Part shown: positions 56,862-64,000 of the stretch, piece after piece
Layout of the letters: every line of letters begins with the position of its first letter
Position numbering within the stretch: the stretch's first letter is position 1
Source: an uncultured Planctomycetales bacterium
GTDB lineage: Bacteria; Planctomycetota; Phycisphaerae; UBA1845; JAFGLZ01
Direction of reading: 5' to 3'
DNA length: 64,000 nt
Assembly (NCBI GenBank): GCA_964622545.1
Contig: CAZUQM010000008.1
Coordinates: forward strand, 11,215 to 75,214
Translations under genes and position numbers: made by a program
The notes under the pieces: model-generated
Databases searched by the model: none
What the model saw: the letters and a program-made list of their open reading frames with translations, nothing else
Told to the model about the DNA's origin: nothing

Positions 56862-57968
56862 CTAGGTCGTTGGGGTTTCCTCGAGCTCTTTCTGTTTCTT
56901 GGCGGAGGTCTTGCCACCTGGGGTGCGGCGAGAGGGCTTCTTCGTCTCACCCTTGTCCTCGGACGGCATCTGCTCGAAGAAGGTCGAGCATTCCCTCAAC
57001 CGTTGCCACCGCTTCTCGACAAGACGTTGTCGCGGCGTCTTGATCAGTTGGGCCAGCGTGCCGGTCAGGAACTTGTCCAGGTTGGCCGCGGCGCGCTGGG
57101 GCTCACGGTGCGCCCCGCCCAGCGGCTCGCGGATGATCTCGTCGACGATGCCCAGCTTCTTGAGTTCGCGCGCGGTGGGCTTGAGCGCCGTGGCCGCCTC
57201 GGCCGCGTACTCGCCCGAGCGCCACAAGATCGCCGCGCAACCCTCGGGTGGGATCACCGAGTAGTACGCATACTCCATCATGCCTACGCGGTCGCCCACG
57301 CCGATGGCCAGGGCCCCACCGCTGCCGCCCTCGCCGATGACCGCGCAGACGATCGGGACGGTCAGCCGGGACATCTCGAACATACACTCGGCGATGGCTT
57401 GAGCCTGGCCGCGCTCTTCGGCGCCGATGCCGGGATAGGCCCCCGAGGTGTCGATCAGCGAGATGATGGGCAGGTTGAACTTTTGGGCGAGCTTCATCGC
57501 TCGCAGCGCCTTGCGGTAGCCCTCGGGATGGGCGCAACCGAAGCAGCAGTCGACCTTCTCTTTGGTGTCGCGGCCCTTGCGGTTGCCGATCAGCATGACC
57601 TTGCGACCGGCCATGCGGACCATGCCGGCGATGATGGCCTTATCGTCACGATAGGCGCGGTCGCCGTGGATCTCGCAGAAGTCCTTGCCCAACATCGTGA
57701 GATAATCGCCGATGAGGGGTCGGCGCGGATGCCGCGCGACCATGACGATCTCCCACGGTGTCAGCCGGGAATAGGTCTTGCGAAGGGCGTTGGTCAGCTC
57801 AATCCGCATCGCGCGGATGGTGTCGGAGTAGTCCCGACCCGTCTGAGCTTGGCTGGCCTCGAGTTCTTCAATCTGGCGCTCAATCTTGGCCAGAGGTCTC
57901 TCGAACTCGAGGATCCCATTTCCCCCCACCCCGTTACCCGAGGGATGCGGTTGAGTTACTCGACTCAT
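56862..57968 (-). CDS. accA: Acetyl-CoA carboxylase carboxyltransferase alpha
   Basis: LEFERP, ARHPRRP, HGDR, PEGYRKALR, GAEERGQ, GEGGSGGALA. Confidence 0.96.
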   Translation of the reverse strand: MSRVTQPHPSGNGVGGNGILEFERPLAKIERQIEELEASQAQTGRDYSDTIRAMRIELTNALRKTYSRLTPWEIVMVARHPRRPLIGDYLTMLGKDFCEIHGDRAYRDDKAIIAGMVRMAGRKVMLIGNRKGRDTKEKVDCCFGCAHPEGYRKALRAMKLAQKFNLPIISLIDTSGAYPGIGAEERGQAQAIAECMFEMSRLTVPIVCAVIGEGGSGGALAIGVGDRVGMMEYAYYSVIPPEGCAAILWRSGEYAAEAATALKPTARELKKLGIVDEIIREPLGGAHREPQRAAANLDKFLTGTLAQLIKTPRQRLVEKRWQRLRECSTFFEQMPSEDKGETKKPSRRTPGGKTSAKKQKELEETPTT

Positions 57969-58047
57969 ATGGACGCCTCGTGCGAGCCCCCACCGAAAGC
58001 GGGTCCCTCCGTGAAACCCACGTCAGGGTTCAAGTTACGTTTGTGTT

Positions 58048-58112
58048 AGCTTACCACCGGCTTGCATGCGGGCAAGAAAAAAATTGACTCCCCGGCACGC
58101 CCCCGATATGGT
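58048..58112. promoter_or_regulatory. Divergent sigma70 promoters for accA and tyrA-purL
   Basis: Plus: TTGACT (58084)-N17-TATGGT (58107). Minus: TTGCCC (58075)-N16-TAAGCT (58053) with TG extension. A-tract between them. Confidence 0.55.
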
Positions 58113-58139
58113 AATCGCAACCTCGGGGAGCGACAACAC

Positions 58140-59036
58140 ATGCCTAAGGTTATGCAAATAGACGAGTTGCAGACGGTGTCCATCGTGGGCGTCGGCCTGC
58201 TGGGCGGATCCATCGGCCTGGCTTTTCGTGCCTCCGGGAGCGGCGCAGAGCGTGTTGGGGTGGGGAGAAGACGGTCTTCCATCACCCGCGCCATCGACGT
58301 CGGGGCCATCGACCGGGGCACGTTGAGCTACCGAAGCGGCATAAGCAAGGCCGATCTCGTGATCATCGCCACGCCGATTGGGCACTTCGAGACGGTCTTC
58401 CGTCACCTCGCCGAGCACCTCCCCGAGGGCGCCGTCGTCACCGACGTCGGCTCCACCAAGCGGCACGTCATGCACCTGGCCGAGGAGATCCTGCCGAGCG
58501 GGGTCCACTTCGTCGGGTCGCACCCGATGGCTGGCTCGGAGTCCGCGGGCGTCGAGTTCGCCCGTGCCGACCTCTTCCACCGGGCCCAGTGCATGATCGT
58601 CCCTTCATCCGATGCCGAGGCGGCGGCCGTCGACCTCGTCGAGGCCTTCTGGCGGATGCTCGGCATGCGTCCGCGACGGACCACCGCCGAGCGCCACGAC
58701 GCCATCGTGGCCCAGATCAGCCATCTGCCCCACGTGGTGGCCTCGGCGCTGATGGACGTGGCCTGTGCCGGCGAGGCGATCGACTTCGCCGCGACGGGCT
58801 TCGCCGACACGACGCGGGTGGCCTCTGGGTCCGCCGGTATGTGGCTGGACATCCTCAGGTCGAACCGCGAGGATGTCAGCGCGTCGATCGATCAGTTGAC
58901 CGATCGCCTGCAGACCCTTCGCGCATGGCTGGACGAAGGCAAGGATGCGGACGTGGCCGAGTTCCTGGAACGCACGAAGCAGGCCCGCGATGCCTGGGTG
59001 CTCCGCCGCTACGCCGAGCGTGAGATTGCCCCATGA
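58140..59036 (+). CDS. tyrA: Prephenate/arogenate dehydrogenase
   Basis: GVGLLGGS, TDVGSTK, GSHPMAGSE, HD.IVA.ISHLPH, DTTRVA. Confidence 0.93.
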   Translation: MPKVMQIDELQTVSIVGVGLLGGSIGLAFRASGSGAERVGVGRRRSSITRAIDVGAIDRGTLSYRSGISKADLVIIATPIGHFETVFRHLAEHLPEGAVVTDVGSTKRHVMHLAEEILPSGVHFVGSHPMAGSESAGVEFARADLFHRAQCMIVPSSDAEAAAVDLVEAFWRMLGMRPRRTTAERHDAIVAQISHLPHVVASALMDVACAGEAIDFAATGFADTTRVASGSAGMWLDILRSNREDVSASIDQLTDRLQTLRAWLDEGKDADVAEFLERTKQARDAWVLRRYAEREIAP

Positions 59037-61951
59037 CGACCTCCTGGCGTATCGAGATCTCCCCCAACACACCCGACCTGGACAGCCACGGCCACGACGT
59101 CTTACAGACCGTCCGCGAGCTGGGCCGCGACGACGTCCGTGCCGTGCGAAGCTCGCGGCTCTTCCTGCTCGACGGATCGCTCGATCGTGCCGCCGCCGAG
59201 CGTATCTCCGACGAGCTGCTGGCCGACCCGGTGACGGAGCAATACACGCTGACCGGCACGGACGAGGCCATCCCCCAGGCCCGAGCCGGATCGGCCGTCG
59301 AGGTCCACCTCAAGCCGGGCGTGATGGACCCCGTGGCCGGATCGACCAAGCTGGCGATCGGCGATCTCGGCCTGGAGGTGGACGACGTCCGCACGGGGCG
59401 GCGGTACGTGTTCGAGCCCGCCCTGCCCGATCCAGCGCTTCACGACCTGGCCGAGCGATCGCTGGCCAACGACTGCATCGAGCGGATCTTCATCGGGGCC
59501 CGTCCGGTCCGACCGGCCCCGAAGACCGAGCCCTACACCTTCGAGCTGCGGCACGTCGACATCCGCGACCTCGACGACGACGGCCTGGCCAGGCTCAGCC
59601 GCGACGGGCACCTGTTCTTGTCGGTGGACGAGATGCGGGCCATCCGCGACTACTACCGTGCGCAGGGCCGCGAGCCGACCGACCTCGAGCTCGAGACCCT
59701 CGCTCAGACCTGGAGCGAGCACTGCGTGCACAAGACGCTTCGCAGCGAGATCGTCTACCGCGGTGCGCCCATGCCCGACGCCGCCGGCGGCGCCGATCAG
59801 GCCGACGGTGCCGAGACGGAGCTCCGCTACGGCAACCTGCTGCGGGACACGATTGCGGCCGTCACGAACAAGCTCGACAAGCCCTGGTGCCTGTCGGTCT
59901 TCGAGGACAACGCCGGCGTGATCGAGTTCGACGACGAGCTGGGCCTGGCGTTCAAGGTCGAGACGCACAATCACCCTTCGGCCATCGAGCCTTACGGCGG
60001 AGCGGCCACGGGTATCGGTGGTGTCATCCGCGACATCATCGGCTGCGGCCTGGCGGCTAGGCCCATCGCCAACACCGACGTGTTCTGCTTCGCCCCGCCC
60101 GACTACCCGGCCGAGCATCTGCCGCAAGGCGTGCTCCATCCGCGGCGCGTGATGAAGGGCGTGGTCGCGGGTGTGCGCGACTACGGCAACCGCATGGGGA
60201 TCCCGACCGTCAACGGTGCGGTGGTCTTCGACGAGCGCTATCTCGGCAACCCGCTGGTCTACTGCGGTACGCTGGGCACGATCCCGCGCCACCTCGTGGC
60301 CAAGGCGGCGCGCCCCGGCGACCTGGTCCTCGTCGTGGGCGGGCGGACGGGACGGGACGGCATCCACGGCGCGACGTTCAGCTCCGCCGAGCTGACCGAC
60401 ACGCACGCCGACGAGTTCAGCCACGCCGTCCAGATCGGCAACGCCATCACGGAGAAACAGTTTCTCGACACCATCCTCCAAGCCCGCGATCACGCCGACG
60501 GCTGCCTCTACTCGGCCATCACCGATTGCGGGGCGGGCGGACTCAGCAGCGCCGTCGGTGAGATGGGCCAACAGACCGGTGCCGAGGTCGACCTGGAGAA
60601 GGTGCCGCTGAAGTACGCGGGCCTGCGTTATGACGAGATCTGGATCAGCGAGGCCCAGGAGCGGATGGTCCTGGCCGTGCCGCCGGCCAACATCGACACG
60701 ATCCTTGCCATTTTCCGCGGCGAGGACGTCGAGGCTACCGTGCTGGGTCGCTTCACCGACGATAAGAAGCTGACGGTCCGCTACGAAGGTTGCATCGTCG
60801 GTCAGCTCGATATGGACTTCCTGCACGACGGCCTGCCCAAGACGACGCGCGAGGCCGAGTGGTCGCCACCGGGCGCTCCGGCCGGCACGCCCCGCGGAGA
60901 GGCCCCGGCCGAGGTCTCCGCCGAAACGCTTACACGAAAGCTGTCGGACCTCAACGTGGCCAGCAAGGAGTGGGTCTTCCGCCAGTACGACCACGAGGTG
61001 CAAGCCGGCAGCGCGGTCAAGCCCCTGCTCGGACCCGGCGAGGGCCCAAGCGATGCGGCCGTCGTCCGGCCGCGGCTCGACAGCGACCGGGGGGTCGCGG
61101 TCGGATGCGGGATCTGTCCGCACATCTCCGACAGCGACCCCTATTGGATGGCCGTGCAGGCGATCGACGAGGCCCTGCGGAACGTCATTTGCGTGGGCGG
61201 CGATCCGGGGCGCACCGCGATCCTCGACAACTTCTGCTGGGGCCGGACGGACCACCCGAAGACGCTCGGCGGCCTGGTCCGTGCGTGTCAGGGCTCGCAC
61301 GATGCGGCGCTGGCCTATGGGTTGCCCTTCATCAGCGGCAAGGATTCGCTCAACAACGAGTTCGCCATCGGCGAGGGCGATCTCGACCGGCTGACCGACA
61401 CGCTGCGCGGGTATGTGTCCGAGACCGGCCGTATCGCGATCCCGCAGACGTTGCTCATCAGCGCGGTGAGCCTGGTCGAGGACGTCACGCGATGCGTGAC
61501 CAGTGATCTTAAGCGGGCCGATTCGCCGCTCGTGCTCGTTCGGTGCGATGTGGCCTCGGAAGGACTGACCACCGCGATGCGGGTGCATGCCGCGGTGGCC
61601 AGGAACATCACCGCGGGGCGTGTCGCGTCCGCGCACGACGTCAGCGACGGCGGGTTGCTCGTTTCGGTCGCCGAGATGTGCATCGGTGGCGCGATGGGTG
61701 CCGCGATCGAGCTCGACGCGGTCGGTTCGGCCGCTGAGGCCTGGCGCGAGGGCACGTGCGGCTACGTCCTCGAGCTGGCCGATGCCGATACGCAGCTCGT
61801 CTGGGACGACGCCGACGACGCCCGCTTCGCCCGCGTGATCGGCGGCGTGATGAGCGGAGCGAGACTCATCGTCCGCCAGGCCGACAAGGCCTTGATCGAT
61901 GTGGCCGTCGACGAGCTGTCGCAAGCGTGGCGGGCACCGCTGGCGTGGTAA
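59033..61951 (+). CDS. purL: FGAM synthase PurL with N-terminal tandem PurS-like domains (no glutaminase domain)
   Basis: WSEHCVHK, KVETHNHPS, GRDGIHGA, DCGAGG, SEAQERM, QYDHEV, ISGKDSLNN, HDVSDGG. Confidence 0.95.
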   Translation: MTTSWRIEISPNTPDLDSHGHDVLQTVRELGRDDVRAVRSSRLFLLDGSLDRAAAERISDELLADPVTEQYTLTGTDEAIPQARAGSAVEVHLKPGVMDPVAGSTKLAIGDLGLEVDDVRTGRRYVFEPALPDPALHDLAERSLANDCIERIFIGARPVRPAPKTEPYTFELRHVDIRDLDDDGLARLSRDGHLFLSVDEMRAIRDYYRAQGREPTDLELETLAQTWSEHCVHKTLRSEIVYRGAPMPDAAGGADQADGAETELRYGNLLRDTIAAVTNKLDKPWCLSVFEDNAGVIEFDDELGLAFKVETHNHPSAIEPYGGAATGIGGVIRDIIGCGLAARPIANTDVFCFAPPDYPAEHLPQGVLHPRRVMKGVVAGVRDYGNRMGIPTVNGAVVFDERYLGNPLVYCGTLGTIPRHLVAKAARPGDLVLVVGGRTGRDGIHGATFSSAELTDTHADEFSHAVQIGNAITEKQFLDTILQARDHADGCLYSAITDCGAGGLSSAVGEMGQQTGAEVDLEKVPLKYAGLRYDEIWISEAQERMVLAVPPANIDTILAIFRGEDVEATVLGRFTDDKKLTVRYEGCIVGQLDMDFLHDGLPKTTREAEWSPPGAPAGTPRGEAPAEVSAETLTRKLSDLNVASKEWVFRQYDHEVQAGSAVKPLLGPGEGPSDAAVVRPRLDSDRGVAVGCGICPHISDSDPYWMAVQAIDEALRNVICVGGDPGRTAILDNFCWGRTDHPKTLGGLVRACQGSHDAALAYGLPFISGKDSLNNEFAIGEGDLDRLTDTLRGYVSETGRIAIPQTLLISAVSLVEDVTRCVTSDLKRADSPLVLVRCDVASEGLTTAMRVHAAVARNITAGRVASAHDVSDGGLLVSVAEMCIGGAMGAAIELDAVGSAAEAWREGTCGYVLELADADTQLVWDDADDARFARVIGGVMSGARLIVRQADKALIDVAVDELSQAWRAPLAW

Positions 61952-62049
61952 GACGTTTCGATGGGTCCGCAGGATCCGGAGAGGGTTCTCTGCTCAGCGG
62001 GATTCTCTGGGCCGCGAGATGGACGCACGTGCCGGCGACAGGAGACGCC

Positions 62050-64000
62050 ATGATATCCCGAACCACCTCACGCGCGACGGAACCGCGGTGGCCGACCGCT
62101 CGATTCGGCACGAGCTACTCGCTGATGCTGGCGGTGAGCCTGCTGCTGATCGGTCCGGGCGTGCAAGCGAGCTTCGGCAAGACCTTCTACGTCTCGAGGC
62201 TGGGCGACGACTCCGACGGCTCGTCGTGGGTCAAGGCCTACCGGTCGATCCAGAAGGCCCTCAGCGCGATCCCCGACGCCGAGGGCGGCCATCGCATCGT
62301 CATCCGCCCCGACACGTACATGGAGGCCAACCTCCACACCGCGCACAAGGGCGCCGAGGGCGCCTACAACGTCCTGATGGCCGACGTCGACGGCTCGCTC
62401 GGCTCCGGACGAACGGGCTACGCGGTCATCGACAGCAGCGACCCGGCCAAGGGGTTTAAGAGCTACGATTGGTACGGCACGATCCGGTCGTACAAGAAAG
62501 GCTGGTCGAAGGCCCACAAGGCCGAGAGCTTCTCGGCCACGTGCTGGGATCGCTGGCACCTGCGATACCTTTACGCAACCGGCGGCGACGGCGGCCTCTT
62601 CTTCGACGGCGTGGACAACGTCAAGCCCTTCTCGGTGCTGGTCGAAGACTGCGTGGGCATCGGACGGGCCTTCGGCGGCGGCGCCGCCAGCGTGCTGTCG
62701 CGACTCGACGAGCCGATTACGTTTCGGCGGTGCACCCTGTGGTGTTTGGACTGGTGGGGTGATGCGGCCGGTGCCTACATCCGTGTCGAAAACAAGACGA
62801 TGTCGCCCAAACCCGACGCCGTGTTCGAGGACTGCACGATCGTCGGGCCCGACAACGCGCTCAAGTCGGGCAACCCCGGCTTCTCGACGTATTCCCGCAT
62901 CGGCGTGAAGGGCTGCCGGCTGATCTCACTCAACTTCAGCCAACCGCATGGCAAGCCCGGCACGGGCGTGATCCACAGCATGATCTCCGGCAAGTCGCTG
63001 CACGTCGACCTGGCCGACACCACCGTCATGGGCTGTAAGGTCTTCGGCTCGGGCAAGGGCACGGACAAGAAAGACGGCGGTCCCGTCGGCTACACGACCA
63101 AAGGCTCGGTCCGCGCCTACGTGCAGTTTCAGCAGGCGGTGCCGAAGGGCTTCACGCGGCTGCCGCACTGGCCCGTCGAGGCCTTCGCCGACCTCATGCC
63201 GCCGACTACACCCCCTACCGGTCCGAAGCTGACCAAGCAGGACTGCGTTCGCGGCCACATGTGCGAGGTCACGCCCGTGGTCTGGAAGGGCAAGCTCTGC
63301 CTGCTCGAGTGCTGGCGGATGGCCGAGCACACCAACGAGGCGGAACGCTATCTGACGATCACCGACCTCGAGGGCGGCAAGCGGCTGGCGCGATTCGCCG
63401 AGGGCTACGGCCTGGGCTGTGCGATCGTGCACGACGAGACGTTCTACGTCTTCGCCTCGCGCAACGAAGACCACAAGTGGAACGACGTGACCGTCTTCTG
63501 GAGCAAGGACCTCGAGACCTGGCAGCACAAGGTCGTCATCAAGCAGGTCAACGAGCACCTTTTCAACAGCTCGGTCTGCCGCGGCCGCGATGGCTTCGTC
63601 ATGGCCTACGAATCCAGCGACGGCAGGTGGCCCGCCTTCACGGCCAAGTTCGCCACGTCGAGGGATCTTCTCAACTGGACCAAGCTCGACGGCGTGGCCT
63701 TCGGCAAGGACCGCTACGCCGCCTGTCCGTGCCTCCGCTACGTCGACGGCTGGTACTACATGATGTACCTCGAGCGGCACCCGCCGCGCTGGTACTTCGA
63801 GACGTACCTTGTTCGCTCCAAGGACCTGCGGACCTGGGAGTACAGCCCGTGCAACCCCGTCATCGCCCCGACGCTCGACGACGAGGGCATCAACACCTCC
63901 GACGTCGACCTGATCACCTGGCACGGCAAGACGATCCTCTACTACACCGCGGGCGATCAACGGACGTGGATGAATCTCAAGCAGGCGGTGTTCGACGGGA
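62050..64000 (+). CDS. Secreted protein running off the window end: beta-helix-like N-terminus plus five-bladed beta-propeller glycosidase-like C-terminus
   Basis: SD AGGAGA and ATG at 62050; open to the window end, so absent from the ORF track; FYVSRLGDDSDGSSW..AYRSIQKAL, then SKDLETW, SRDLLNW, SKDLRTW, NPVI. Confidence 0.8.
   Translation, partial: MISRTTSRATEPRWPTARFGTSYSLMLAVSLLLIGPGVQASFGKTFYVSRLGDDSDGSSWVKAYRSIQKALSAIPDAEGGHRIVIRPDTYMEANLHTAHKGAEGAYNVLMADVDGSLGSGRTGYAVIDSSDPAKGFKSYDWYGTIRSYKKGWSKAHKAESFSATCWDRWHLRYLYATGGDGGLFFDGVDNVKPFSVLVEDCVGIGRAFGGGAASVLSRLDEPITFRRCTLWCLDWWGDAAGAYIRVENKTMSPKPDAVFEDCTIVGPDNALKSGNPGFSTYSRIGVKGCRLISLNFSQPHGKPGTGVIHSMISGKSLHVDLADTTVMGCKVFGSGKGTDKKDGGPVGYTTKGSVRAYVQFQQAVPKGFTRLPHWPVEAFADLMPPTTPPTGPKLTKQDCVRGHMCEVTPVVWKGKLCLLECWRMAEHTNEAERYLTITDLEGGKRLARFAEGYGLGCAIVHDETFYVFASRNEDHKWNDVTVFWSKDLETWQHKVVIKQVNEHLFNSSVCRGRDGFVMAYESSDGRWPAFTAKFATSRDLLNWTKLDGVAFGKDRYAACPCLRYVDGWYYMMYLERHPPRWYFETYLVRSKDLRTWEYSPCNPVIAPTLDDEGINTSDVDLITWHGKTILYYTAGDQRTWMNLKQAVFDG

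Noticed and set aside
59102-61924. 940-aa antisense ORF and other long overlapping ORFs (e.g. 3840-5774, 24955-26451, 30124-31719, 32434-34119, 38220-40001)
   Set aside because: They lie opposite or out of frame to well-supported genes, have no motifs, and are expected shadows of high-GC codon bias
1-64000. CRISPR arrays, IS elements, prophage, reverse transcriptase or retron genes
   Set aside because: No regularly spaced direct repeats and no transposase, integrase, RT or phage structural motifs detected by eye; short or degenerate repeats could have been missed

Overview
High-GC bacterial chromosomal window, most consistent with an anaerobic Planctomycetota (Phycisphaerae-like) organism; this is an inference from gene content (sulfatase, PEP-CTERM protein, Tat-exported oxidoreductases, PurS-fused PurL), not a taxonomic assignment. 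About 48 protein genes and one tRNA-Glu. Housekeeping: cca, hemA plus a CcsA/HemX-like gene, deoC, birA, accA, tyrA, purL. Glycan catabolism: heparinase II/III-like lyases, BNR sialidase-like protein, arylsulfatase, fucose/arabinose isomerase, SSS transporter. Anaerobic Fe-S modules: a 2-hydroxyacyl-CoA dehydratase/activase trio and an 8-gene Orange-protein (ORP)-like operon behind a sigma-54 -24/-12 promoter, carrying an extra TSCPD-like 4-Cys gene and a ~120-nt structured intergenic element. Also an RND pump, a non-Cys (sulfide-dependent) Thi4 and two TMTC-like GT-C/TPR proteins. Best candidate for an undescribed system: an AT-richer two-gene islet pairing a HEPN-domain protein with a BolA/IbaG-like protein (31836-32602) instead of the usual MNT partner. 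Other notable items: a circularly permuted CBM-like insert in a lyase, a flagellar-hook-like insert in a secreted toroid protein, and several apparent pseudo-enzymes. No CRISPR array, integrase, transposase or recognisable riboswitch was seen. All family calls come from motif reading by eye; no searches were run.
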